DNA of 44,167 nt from Moniliella sp. 'wahieum'. Taxonomy: Eukaryota. Of the stretch, positions 12,552 through 24,205 are shown piece by piece. Under the pieces are notes generated by a model. The model saw nothing but the letters and a program-made list of their open reading frames with translations. It had not been told where the DNA came from and searched no databases. Where the stretch lies: the NCBI GenBank assembly GCA_003971905.1, contig RSEE01000075.1:310001-354167 (forward strand), read 5' to 3'. Numbering within the stretch: position 1 is the stretch's first letter; each line of letters begins with the position of its first letter. Position numbers and translations under genes: made by a program.

Positions 12552-13602
12552 ATGGCTCTCCGGCGCGGCGGCGGCATCTCGGCGCTTGCGCGCGACAGCG
12601 CCGCCGAGGCGTCCTACTCGTCGCTCGCTGCCGACGTCAACGCCGCCCAGCTCGCTGAACTGCGCGCCCAGCTCGACTCCTTTGGCTCGGCCCTCGTCCG
12701 CTTTGCCAACGAGCACGGCTCTGACATCCGCGCCTCACCCGACCTGCGCCATGCGTTCCAGAAAATGTGTGCCTCCATCGGCGTCGACCCGCTCGCCGCC
12801 CCCGCCCCGCCCCCTCGTGCCAGTACTAGCTCCTCCATCAGCGCCAGTGCCGCCGGCGCCAGCCTCGGCCGCATCGCCCATGCCGCCCGCGGCCAGTGGA
12901 ACGTGTGGGCTGCCGCACTGGGCCTGGGCGACTGGGTCTACGCCCTGGCGGTGCAGGTAGTCGACGTGTGCGTCTCAACGCGCCCTATCAATGGAGGTCT
13001 TATCTCCATGCCCGAACTCATTGCCCGTGTCGCCGTCCTGCGCTCGGGAAAGCGCATCACCTCCACCACTCGCGCACCCATCGGCTACCTCCCTCGTCCC
13101 CGACGCTGCCGAAGCTACCGTCACGGCATCTGATATTCGCCGAGCGATCAAATCACTTGCCCCCCTTGAAACGGGCTATGCACTGGTTGAAACAGGCGGT
13201 ACCACCTTTGTCCGCTCCGTCCCGGCTGAACTGAGCCAGGACTCGGCGATTGTTCTTGGCCTGCTCGCTCGTGCTGCTCCTTCTTCCGACCCAGCTCCGG
13301 CTCCGCGGGCACCAGGGGAACATCAATTGCCTTGCGATCCGCAGGGCCTGCCCTTTGTCACACGGGATGCGCTCGTGCAGGTTTGCCCCGGTGGGACCAT
13401 GTGGACGACCGAGCGCGCGCACGCTGCACTCGACGGCATGGCGCGCAACGATGGCCTTCTCTGGATCGACCTCCTACCAGCTCGGGCGATGCAGCAGCAG
13501 ATGCCGTCCTTGCACCGGCGACTGCACGCTATTACTCCCTCACAGTGGCCGAGGGCGTCTGGGCTAAGGCGTCGCCTACTTGATGGCGGGGCGAGTCTTT
13601 AG
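12552..13602 (+). CDS. SNF8: ESCRT-II subunit Snf8/Vps22 (EAP30)
   Basis: MALRRGGGISAL...LRAQLDSFGSALVRFANEHGSDIRASPDLRHAFQKMCASIGVDPLA...LGLGDWVYALAVQVVDVCVSTRPINGGLI...DIRRAIKSLAPLETGY...FVRSVPAELSQD...WTTERAHAAL...GLLWID; one frameshift near 13090. Confidence 0.93.
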
Positions 13603-13996
13603 TGGATGGTGGGGGCGAACCGAACGACTGTATTGTATTTCGATGTACACCTATTTTTCTCTGCTCATCTTTTTCTGCCTCATCGCCCATCCTGCAGGCA
13701 GCAATGGTCAAGGCGTGATGGTAATGGCGATGGTGATGGTGGTGGGGATGTCAGTGGCAGTGGGGCGGGCCGGCGTAGGCGGCAAAGGACTCCAACTGCC
13801 AGCACCATTTTGGCTACCCGAGGGGCTGTGTAATCTAACGCCACTGGCCGCAATCTGCCGCCAATAACTGCGCAGCGGCGCCCGCAGCTTTCACAGCAAT
13901 TGTGCTTTCAATTTATTGAGGCTATGCTAGTCGCTCCTTGCCATCGGCCCGCTCCCAATCAAAATCAGTAGCGCCGCAGCCTCCTGTCCATCCCAA

Positions 13997-14026
13997 CCCC
14001 ATCCCCATCCCCATCCCCATCCCATC
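13997..14026 (+). repeat. (CCCCAT)n hexamer microsatellite
   Basis: ccccatccccatccccatccccatcccatc just upstream of the TBC gene. Confidence 0.8.
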
Positions 14027-14055
14027 GCCACCCTCGCGATCCCCCCTTTCTCTTG

Positions 14056-16870
14056 ATGAGTTCGCGCACCCCCATGTCCCCCTCCCCACCCACTCTCAGT
14101 ACCGCCACTGGGCCTCCAGCGCCCCCTCCCGCTGCGGCGGCTGACGCCAACGCGAACGAATTCCCGGACGATCTGATTTTCCCTTCGGCGACGGCGACTC
14201 ATCTCACAGGGCTTGGGACCTGGCATGGCCCCTCTCTCGCTGACTTGCACGCTGCCGGTGCGGATGTGGCGGGTGGAATGGGCACATGGGGTCTAGCCCG
14301 GCTCCGCACTGCGTTGACAGGAACAGGGATGGACACGTTGGCCGACTTGGTTGCGCCGGGCTGGCTGCCTCCTGCGACCACCGATGGGGCCGAGGCGGCG
14401 CGGACGGGCGCGGACGAGGTGGCGGAGTGGGCGGCCCAAGCGCGATCCAGTGTGCTGAGCGACTTTGCGTCGATCACTGCTGTGGCACGCGACGGCGTGC
14501 ATGCCGCGCTCACCCACCCGGTTGCCGCCGCCTTGGGTGCCTCCTCGGTCGTTCCCGCCCCCATTGCCACCTGGGCCCACGTCGATGCGTCGGGTCGAGC
14601 AATGATCGTACCCCCTTCCCATCCGTCGCAAGAAGAACAGGCCTCGATGGCCTACGACCCGCAACGCATCGCCTTGGCCCAGTGGGCCTCTCGCCTCGCT
14701 GCGGCTGCGGACCAAGCGCGACAAGACACGGATACGCCCCAAGTTCGTCGCAGCTCGGCCGCCAGCTCAGGTTGGCGGTTGCCTTGGGACCGCGCGGCGC
14801 GCCCCGTCCCCATTGCTCTTTCCGAATGGAAGGCTTGGATGAACGATGCGGGGCAGTTGGACGCAACCAATCCCCACGCTGGCGCCGCCATCTGTACCTG
14901 TTCCCCCGTCCTCCTTGTCCTCTGACCCCGCTATTGCAGTGGGTCAGGCTGTAGGGCGCAAATTTTCTCGCGCGGCGTGGCCAGCGACGCGCGCCATGTT
15001 ATCTGGCCTTTCCTGTTGGGCGTGTACCCGTGGGATAGCACCTTGGCCCACCGCCAGTTGCTTCTCACGCAGCTTCAGACCGAGTACACTGACTGGTCCG
15101 CCCGCGCCGAGGCCCTGCTGCGCTACCAAAAGCATAAGGCCTCTTCCTCCGACCCCGACCCCGGTTCCGATCCCGTTCCCGATCCCGATCCTGACCCCGA
15201 TTCACACCCTCCACCTCAGGCTGCCCCCGCCCCCCCCGATCCGTCGGGGGAGATTACTTACCCTACTCTTCGTCCTCTTCGTGCTGTTCTTTGGAGTCAA
15301 GATACTGATCTCGACGTGGATGTTCGCGAGGAACGGCGGCGGATCCGGCTCGACTCGGAACGCACTGATCGAGAACACATCCTTTTCCGCGTGCCCACCA
15401 CTCCGCTTCGCTCGGTGCCCGACCACGCGGCAACGGCAGTGGAGCAGGGGAGGAGGATGCTGTGGAAGATGGCCCTCCTCCCACTAACATCCACATTGCC
15501 GCCCTCAACTCCATCCTCCTCGCCCTCGTCTTCTGGGACACTCGCGCTACCGCGCTTGCAGAGCAGAAGCCTCAGGACCCCGTTGTCTCCGCCTCTACTC
15601 CACCTCTTCTTCGGCCTCTGCCTCCGTCTCCACCTCGACCGACGTGCCCGCCAAGTTGGGCGGCTATGCACAGGGCATTTCCGACATCTGCCGTCCTTTA
15701 CGGCTCTTTTCCCTTTGGACAGATCGGCGTGGGAATGGGAATGGGAATGGGAATGGGAATGGGAATGGGAGCGAGAACGAGGAAGTGCCACCGCGTTCGC
15801 TGGTCGAAGCACTACGTTTGGCTGCTTGCGCGCGCTCTTGACTTGCTTTGGATGGAGCGCGCCGTTCCGCCGGGACCAAAAGGCCATGACGGCCGCACTG
15901 GCTTCGTTGCGCGGCATGTTGCGCACCTGCGCCCCCGACACGTATCGCCACTACTCGTCTCGAGGCGGACAACTTGTTCTTTGCTTATCGGTACGTTTCC
16001 CACTCCCAGTATGAATCCGAATCCCAATCCGAATCCGAATCCCAATCCCAATCCCAATCCGAGCCGTCGTCCCTACGCCCGCCCGGCCGAATCCGAACGT
16101 ACTAACCTCTTCCCTTCCCTTTTCTTATCTTTTCTTATCTTATTTTCTTATTTTCTCTTTTGTCTCTGACTTCTGGCTTGGCTCGTTGTTCCCTCGCGCG
16201 TGCAGCTGGCTGCTGGTCACCTTCAAGCGCGAGTTGGAGTTGGAAGATACGTGCCGGGTGTGGGAGGCGATCTGGGCCGCAGATAGCGAGCTGGCCGGTC
16301 TGTCGCGCTCGGTCGTGCCAACCGAGAGGCAGAGACCGATGCCACGGCAACGGCCAAGGCCAACGCGGATGCTGATCGGCACCGGGCCGCGTTGCAGCAA
16401 GGACCAGGTACGCCAGCCAGCTTCAGCTTGGTCTTGGCCTTTGCGTTGATCGTACGCGAAACGTTAGCCTGGCTCAGCTCCAAGTGTTTGACGAGGCATT
16501 GCATTACTTTAACTCGCTTGCTCCGCCGGCCGGCACGGCAGCGGCCAATCATCCTTCTGCCTCTGCCTCTGCCTCTGCTCCTGCCTCGGACTTGGCGTCG
16601 GGGTCCGGGCCGGAATCCGGTACCGAACCAACCGTACACTGCCGTCGGGGACGACTTGCTCTTTCGTGCGGCACGGGCTGCTCGCGACCTCCCAGGACTC
16701 TGGCCGCCCCCGCCTGTCAGCTTTCCAACGCGGCCGTGAGGCGCGGGTACGGGCCGTGGCGCGGAGGAGGGCTGCGCTGGAGGCACTGTATTGCTGAAAT
16801 GATATATCAGAATGCCGAGGGCGCGGACGAGGATGAAGAGGATGAGCTTGAAGAGAACGACTGCACCTAG
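14056..16870 (+). CDS. GYP7: TBC-domain Rab GTPase-activating protein, Gyp7-like
   Basis: RHVIWPFLLGVYPWDS; IRLDSERTDR (IxxDxxR arginine finger); GGYAQGISD (YxQ glutamine finger); FRRDQKAM; LFFAYR | intron 15991-16205 | WLLVTFKRELELEDTCRVWEAIWA; FDEALHYFNSL. Low-complexity inserts; ends approximate. Confidence 0.85.
15731..15770 (+). repeat. (GGGAAT)6 microsatellite inside a TBC exon
   Basis: gggaatgggaatgggaatgggaatgggaatgggaatggga; encodes a dipeptide repeat, probably GN in the YAQG frame. Confidence 0.85.
16014..16061 (+). repeat. (AATCCS)n microsatellite in the TBC intron
   Basis: aatccgaatcccaatccgaatccgaatcccaatcccaatcccaatccg. Confidence 0.85.
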
Positions 16871-17158
16871 GCTCTTGTAGTGGTGCAGTGGTGCTTCCTC
16901 TCTCGCCTTGTGTCGGCGCTTCCTCCTTTCGGCCCCTTCCCAATGTGGCCTCTCCGCGCATTCATTATTCGTGCTTCTATCGCTCGTGACCTTTACGCCT
17001 TTCCTTCCTCCCCCTTCCGCGTTGCCCTTTAGTTACTATCGCATGGAACAGCCTTGCTTCTTCGCCTTTTGGACTACAACCTAGTAGATCCTACAGCCGC
17101 TGACAGACAGTACAGGCATACCATTATGGGGGGTGGGTAGGGTGAGGAACGCAGCATC

Positions 17159-19468
17159 TTAGACCTCCACCTGGGATTGGGCCAACAAGGCCCGCTTTTG
17201 GTCCCGTACCTTCTTGGCCAAACGGGCAGCGGCCTCCAGAGGTGCCTCGGACGCGTCCTGGACAAAGTCCATCTTGGACATATTGTTGCGCAGCAACTGT
17301 GCCGGAGCAAAGTCCAGCTTGGCCCGGCGCGTCTCGAGCCAAGTCCGCTGCGCGTCAATCTTGTCCGCCAACGTTTTCAGCGTGGCTTCACCCTTAGTCT
17401 TGTGACCCTTGGCCTTGCCAGTCTTGGCCGCGTTGGCAGCGCGCAGCTTGCGCCGCAGCTGGATCACCACCGGCGTCGTCATCTCTGGGAAGGCAAGGCT
17501 GCGGGATTGGGTGGCAAGGAACTGGAGCAGAAGGAAGGACATCTCGTCGGCAATCAAATCGGCATAGATGGATGTCCGGACAAAGTTGACGGGCACGCGC
17601 AGCTGACTGTCCAGTTCCAGCTCCGAAGCGACGCGCCCTTGGTCTTGCGGGTAAACTCGGGGCATCGAGCATCTCAAGAAGGTAGGGAGCAAGCGGGATG
17701 TAGATCCCCGTCCGCTGCACCAGACGGAGCATAGCACGAATCAGATGGAACCGAAGCGGGAAGTAAGTGAGATGGGAATCAGGCGCATCGCACCCAACGC
17801 TACCTGAACCAAAGGGTAAATGAGCGGCTCCATGTTGCTGGCAGTGATATCGCCGTTGGGAAAGACGGATTGGTCGCAGGTCAAGGAAAGAACCGAGGCC
17901 CAGAAGTCAATGCCGTGGACAAACTGCCAGTTGTACACATTTTGGTACGACTCTTTGCTTTTGGTCTGAAGCGCATTGCGAAGCAGGATGGCAGCTGACG
18001 GATAAACCCAAAGGCCTGTTGGTACGAGGCGGATGGGTCGATGCGGAAGAGCTCGGCAGCCGAGTTCTTCATCAGGTTGATCTGCGGCAGATTGTGGATG
18101 GAAGTGCGCTTGGACACCTTGAGCAACGTGTGGTACACGCCCCGCAGGACCAAATCCCTCGCCTCGCCTTCCCCAGCCGCCACAACCGCGCGCAGGGCCA
18201 AGAAGGCCGACACCCGCGTCCGGTCCCGGCACTGGCCCAGACCGAGATGAGCATGCGGACGTAAGCCTTAACCACTTGGTTGCTCGGGTGTGCAACAATG
18301 TAGGGCACCAGCTTGATGCTCTGGTCCACCACGAACCGGAGCAGCGCGCCCGAATCCCTCTCCTCATCTTCATCCTCCTCGTCTGCCCGACCGTTGGGGA
18401 GGGTTTGGGCAAGGGCGGCAAGGTTGTTGACCAGCGACTTAACCGGTTGCTGGATTTGACGCGTCTTGGCGTTTTGGGTGACCCGGAAACGGAACAAACC
18501 ATCGGCCTCGGCGCTGCCAGGGAGGGGGAAGGCCTTGAAGGGGACGTAGTGCTTCAGCACCAGCGGCACATACGACATGGTTGTCTGAACAACCTTCTCA
18601 AATACCCGAGGGTTGTTCACGACAAAAATATTGCGGGCATCCTCTTCGGCCATGCGCTGTTGCCGCCGCGCAATCGCTTCTCGTTTGGCGGAACCGCTGC
18701 GCTCCAGCGCCGACTCAAGGTTCATGTCGTTGGTCCCATCATCGCCCGTGCGACTGGCAGCACGGAAGGCGAGAAGGAGCAGCCGGAGCGAACGTAGCGA
18801 ACGCGATTGGATGATGGCCGCTTGCCAGGTCCGCAGCTGGGCCATGGTCACCACATCCTTGGCCCGTTGTTCCTCCTCATCCTCCATCTCCTCGTCAGAG
18901 CTGGCCTCGTTCTGCGCAGGCTGGGCGGTCTCTGCATCCGGGTCAAACTCGAGCAGGTCCGCATCGTTTTTCTGAAGATACTTGAAGAACTCGGGATCTT
19001 TTTGCTCCAGAGCAGCCAGCTCTTCCTTCAGATCACCCTCTTCGTCTGTCCGAGAACAATTAGGTGGGGCATGTTAGTACTGCTTCGTGAGGACCAAGCT
19101 TTACCAGAAAAAAATGACACCACATACCCGACGCCTCTTCCAGCTCCTCCATCTCACCATCATCGTCATCGTCATCGTCCTCGTCCTCCGAGTCGGAAGC
19201 CAGGTCCTGGTTCAAAAAATCATCCACGCTCATTCCAGCAAACTTGTTCTCTCCGTCCGCTGGCACATCCGCGTCTTCAGCCACAGCCTCCTCGTCACTG
19301 TCGCCGTCCAGACCCGGTAGAGCGCGACGCTGACGCGGCGGACCGCGCCGCCTTCTTCTGGTTGCGCTGCTGCAGAATTTTCTTGGTGCGCTGCTGTTTC
19401 TTGCGCCCCTCGATCGCGCTGTCGAGTTTCTTGTGGGCAAACTTCTTGGTGCGCTTGCTTACGGCCAT
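17159..19468 (-). CDS. NOC2: Nucleolar complex protein 2 (60S biogenesis)
   Basis: MAVSKRTKKFAHKKLDSAIEGRKKQQ; MSVDDFL; intron 19127-19046 (GTATGT...TACTAAC...CAG); LEQKDPEFFKYLQKND; INLMKNSAAELF; YQQAFGFIRQL; YQNVYNWQFVH; PLIYPLVQV; SLAFPE; stop at 17159. Confidence 0.95.
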
Positions 19469-20226
19469 GGTGCGAACGTTTCCCTGGAGAAGCGGGGGGC
19501 CGGGGTGGGGTGTGGCAGGAAGGCGTGCACAGTGTGTGGTAGCAACCAGCCAACTTGCCCCGCCGCGCCTGGTTTCGTCTTGCTCGCAATTTGCAAACCA
19601 ACCAATCAAAAAAAAAGTGGGGGGCGGAACAAAAATTGCAGGGTCTGGACACCTTTGTTCCGCTCGGCGCTTACCTTCACGCGCTTTCCCAGTGGCCAGC
19701 CGCTCAGCTGCATCAGGACACAGTGCCCTGGAAGCACTGGGGGGCTCTCCATCGTCATTGTCGTAGGGGCTGCGTCGTCACGCGTCACGCGTCAGATCTC
19801 ATCACCCTGTTTCTGCAACTTCACACCATGTACTCTGCTTGCTTCGTATATCGCCCTGTGTCAGATTTGGAGGGGGATGGCCACGAGATATTGACATCAT
19901 GATGGCGACGCCCTCTTAAATGGGTTACGAAGAAAGAAAGCTGCATTAGCGAGTCATGTGGGCAAGTGCTGTTTTCCGTCTTCGTCATTCTCAAGTTCTT
20001 TTGTGGACATGATATATGGAGACAGGGATATTCACTCAATAAAAAGATAAATGGACTCGCATTCGCATTCGCATTCACAAGTCCACAGTTCAGACCAGCT
20101 GAAGCAAAAATAGATTGGAGGGTGACTTGCACTGTCCCAAGAAAATAAGGCAGAAAAAAGATAAAATAGGCAGAAGGAAAATGATGCTGGCGCAGCCAGC
20201 GTCCCTAGAGAGAGGGGAAGAAAGCA

Positions 20227-21515
20227 TCAAGCCTCCATAACCCCGCGACGAATGGAGCGGGTTTGGCGTTGGAGCCCTTTGATGGCCCGTATCACGTTCC
20301 GTTTCGACGCAGTCACCTTGGTTCCCATGAAAGATACGCGCTGCCGGTCGGGGTGAGTGAAGCCACTCGGGCGCCCGTGTAAGCCGTGGTGAGGTACGAA
20401 TGGGGTCCGTTGTACGCATCCGACAAAGCATACCCGATGACGCGTTCGTCCGCCTCAAAGATCTGTGTCGCCTCTTGGATAAAAGCGGTGGTACGCGCTT
20501 GGTCACAGTACCTTCATTAGGGTCGTTGTAACGAGAATGTCAGTATCTAACTTCGGTCTTTGCTATAGGCCACATGTCAAAATAAGAAGATGGACGAACT
20601 TAGTGGGGGCGTCACGGTAGTCAAAGCAAACTCGGTGATCATCATTGGCTTGCCATATTGCGCGTAGTGATTCAGATCTTTGCGAAGCAACTCGGTGTTG
20701 TTGACAAAGACATGGACAGCAATGATGTCCGGCTGGGTCTGGACTGCGGACAAAAACGGTTTCATCCACGTCTCGTCGGATTGCTTCGCACACGAAGGCG
20801 AAATGAGCTTCGCCCGCATGGCCATGCGGGCGATGTATTTGTCCCCGCCGCCGCAGCCTCCTGTGGATCAATCAGCCCGCTCGACCCATCCCCCGCAAAG
20901 TCTGGCTCATTGAACCCTGCGACATACTTAGCTGCCGGCTTGGGCAGTTGCTTGAATTGCTCCAGGCGCGGCTTGTCCTTTGGATCACTTGTCTTGCCCA
21001 ACCCCCAGAGCATGGGAATGCGCTGCAAATTATCAGCGTGGGTGTTGTTGGGGGTCGGGGACCAATCGTAGTACCAGCCCAGGTGTTCCGCCAACCACGG
21101 CAGCGGTCGCCACCGGCCACCCCAGCCTTTACACCATTGGGGATCAGTTTGTTTCCCGAGGAGGGGGCAGGGGGTGTACTGGGCGAAGGAGCCGCCGAGG
21201 AGTGGTGTGTGATGGGGGTGGTGGGTGGCTGTGGCTGTGATGGTGATGATGGTGATGGTGACTGTGGCTGTGGTGGTGGTGATGGTGATGATGGCGGCTG
21301 TGGCTGTGGTGATGGTGCTTGTGGTGATGGTGGTGGAGGTGGATGGCTGCCGCAGTCGACACAGCGCTAGGCCGGGCTGCCTGGGCAAGAACCAGAGAGG
21401 AAGAGGACTTGGTGCGGAGACATTCGCTGTTCTTGTTGCGGGCTTCCGCGCTGACGGTCAGCGTCAGGACAAGAAGGAGGAGGGTGAGGAGCGGGAGCTT
21501 GGCGAGTGGGCTCAT
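20227..21515 (-). CDS. Secreted GH128-family beta-1,3-glucanase with a low-complexity linker
   Basis: Signal peptide MSPLAKLPLLTLLLLVLTLTVSA; PNGVKAGVAGGD; LGWYYDWSP; IPMLWG; GFNEPD (acid/base Glu); DIIAVHVF; GKPMMITEFA (nucleophile Glu); intron GTTCGT...TACTGAC...AAG near 20597-20512; final exon YCDQARTTAFIQEATQIFEADERVIGY...; TGA at 20227. Confidence 0.88.
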
Positions 21516-24173
21516 GGCGACAGCTGGGGGGAGTTGGGGCGGGGGGGAGAGTAAAGACGGTAGGGCAAAAGAGACAGAGAAAGAACGTAAAGGCCAGCTT
21601 CCGTCTTGGAGTGGTGGATAGGAGGGGGAGGGGGGCGGGAAGGCGAGAGGAGGTGGAGGAGAGGTGGTGGGGGTGTTGGATTGGGGAGAGGGGCTGGTAC
21701 TCAAGAGAGCCGCTAGCTGCTAACCATTTTGTTACTACTTCAATGGAGTGACTATAGGCAACGCACACACGCCGGGACTCGTGTGCTTTCATCAGCCATT
21801 AGTTGGACTATGCCGGACTGCCCCTCTGCCCTAGGGCGATCGGCGATGGTGGATGATGACTGCTTGCCGCTGGTGAAGATCTGGTATCGGGTGCGATGCG
21901 CCTCGCAGGCTGAACTTGGCGGCGGAGCGCTTGCAGGAGCGCTTGCAGACAACCCCATGGGATTCCGCATGTGTGCGCTCCACACATCATGGCTGTCGGG
22001 GGGGCTGGGAAACAGGTGGGCGCAGAGCCAGTGCGCGGGCATCGGCTTATCATGTGCTGGGCGTGTGGAGACTTAGGGGTGCTCACTGCCCCGTGCAGAG
22101 GGGAATTGCCCCACACTGTGCTGTGGCGCGTTACCTCCTGTGCGTTACTTCTTTGTGCGCCCTTTTGGTTGTCATGCATCATGCATCATGCAGTCTCCAT
22201 GTCACATGTCATGAGCACCCACATCTACCGGCATCACCAGTATGCTCTTATCCACTTCCTCCGCACGGATGATCATGACATCAGGGCTTCACAGATCTAT
22301 AGTAGGACTAGAGAACCACAAGGCCTATACGGCCCCCAGACTGGGCGGACCTTATATCGATGCTTTGTTTACCGTGCGTTGTGTGTATTGAAGGTCTGAG
22401 CCTTCGCTTCCCCCGTGTTGGTGGAGACAACCCACGGCCATTTTTCTCCCCTGAGGCACACCGTTCCATACTATGCCCCTTACCCCCCTGGTACCCCGTT
22501 CCATAGACCTCTCTCTTCGGTCTCGTCCACGCTGTTCATCGTTCACGCCAACAGAGACCTCCTCTCCAGCATGCAACATAGGTTAACATTCCATTATATT
22601 CAGGGTGGCGTAGCACGCCGTTCCGTTGTCAGGAGCAGGAAAGCGCGGAAGACCACTGGAGAGCAGGATGTTGATATTAGTGTATCGCATTGCACATGTG
22701 TTACACAGAAGCTAGATAATATTCCTACGCGCCAGGAAGGAACATTGCAATGAATGAATCCGAAGGTTCCGGGCTTGGGCTACCACTACACTAGTGTGGC
22801 GTCATAGAAAGCGTTGTGGCAGCCAGTAGCAAGAAAGCGTACCAGGCTGAAGCAGGAACACGCGACTGGTATGGCCCCACAGACAAGCAGGTAACCGAGA
22901 AAAGCGGTGCGCCTCAAAGCACATTTGTCGTTGTTGATCTGCCATGCGATGAAGATCGAGGCCCGGGTTGTCGACGGATGGCAGGCCCCTGATTCTCGGC
23001 TGCTGCTCCGTCTGGGAGCCCCGCCTAGTGCTTACTGTTCCATCTGGGATGCCCGCCTAGTGCTTCTTCTTGGCCAGGAGGGGACAACTTATAGTCACAC
23101 CGTTGCATCGTCGTCGTCGCGACCGCAAGCACCGTCTATGGCCCACAGCGCTGATCGATAACCGTGTCTGCCTTAGCAACCGTTCCTTCGGCCATCGTTC
23201 CATTACCCAATCGTGATCGTGAACCGCAGCCACCATTCCATCGTCCATGCGTCCTGATGAGCCACCGTAGGCACTGCCCCGCGTCGTTTCAGCCGTAGCC
23301 ACCGTTCCACTGTCCACCTTGATCCTTCACCGCACGATCCGTCGCCACCCGTCCACCGTGGGGAGTTGCGACCACAGCCCCTAAGCGGAGGGGGCTGCTC
23401 ATGTGGCAAGGCTACCACGTACGCACCGGCTTGGGTCGTAGTAACGTATCTGAAGCCTCTGGGGCTTAGGGACGGGTGGAGAGGTAGTGGAGGACAAACA
23501 CTGCCAGAGCTCGGGCTGAAGAGGGGCAGCTGATGACGTGGCTGTGGAAAGGAACCTGCGCGATAAGCTGGTACGGTACGGGGACTCGACGCGGCTGATT
23601 AAGGAAGGCTCGCGCGACTGGGTAATGCAGAAGCTGTGGGAGACAAGGATGGAAAAGACGAGAGGAGGCAACTAAATGAAGACAAGGTTGACTGTACCGA
23701 ACCAATTGGCTGGAATCGGGCAGGAGTTGAACAGAAAGGCGGGAAGGGACGCGAATGGAAGATGGTGAAAGGTCCTCCTGACCCGGTACAGAAGTTAGAT
23801 CCGAAAAGGGAAAAGTGTTGGAGTGTGGTGGCATGTGGCACCACTTGGTGTGATGGCTGGATCGGCCATGTCGCTGGCAAGCGGAACTGGCTATAGAGTT
23901 GCGCGACTCGCGCGCTCCGGATTGGTTACCGTCGCGCCCTCGTTCCCCTCCTTCCTCTTCTCCTGTTGCATTGAAGGTTGGACTAGCGTCAGGAGCTTAC
24001 AAGAAGCTATCTCTGACTGTTCCCACCTGCACAGTGCAATCGTCCTTAGCTTGGTAGCGTAGCTACTTCTCAGTTAACGGACAACCGCGGTTCTGGGCTC
24101 TCACTGCAGTGGTGTGACCGATTCATCGCGCTCACCCATTGATCGCCCGGTCTAGTGCTTCACCCTAGCCCCA

Positions 24174-24205
24174 ATCTACAAATTCATAACGCAGACCCCC
24201 TTTTT
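24174..24205 (+). repeat. 32-bp direct repeat B, copy 1 (ATCTACAAATTCATAACGCAGACCCCCTTTTT); candidate Helitron 5' end A|TC
   Basis: Identical to 27781-27812. Confidence 0.9.

Noticed and set aside
24130..24205. snRNA (Sm-like AAUUUGUAG on the minus strand), RNase MRP or telomerase RNA as the LINE target
   Set aside because: No U1/U2/U4/U5 5' motifs, no MRP GAAAGUCCCC, and CACCCTAGCCCC is not a clean telomere template; Helitron termini explain the repeat better.
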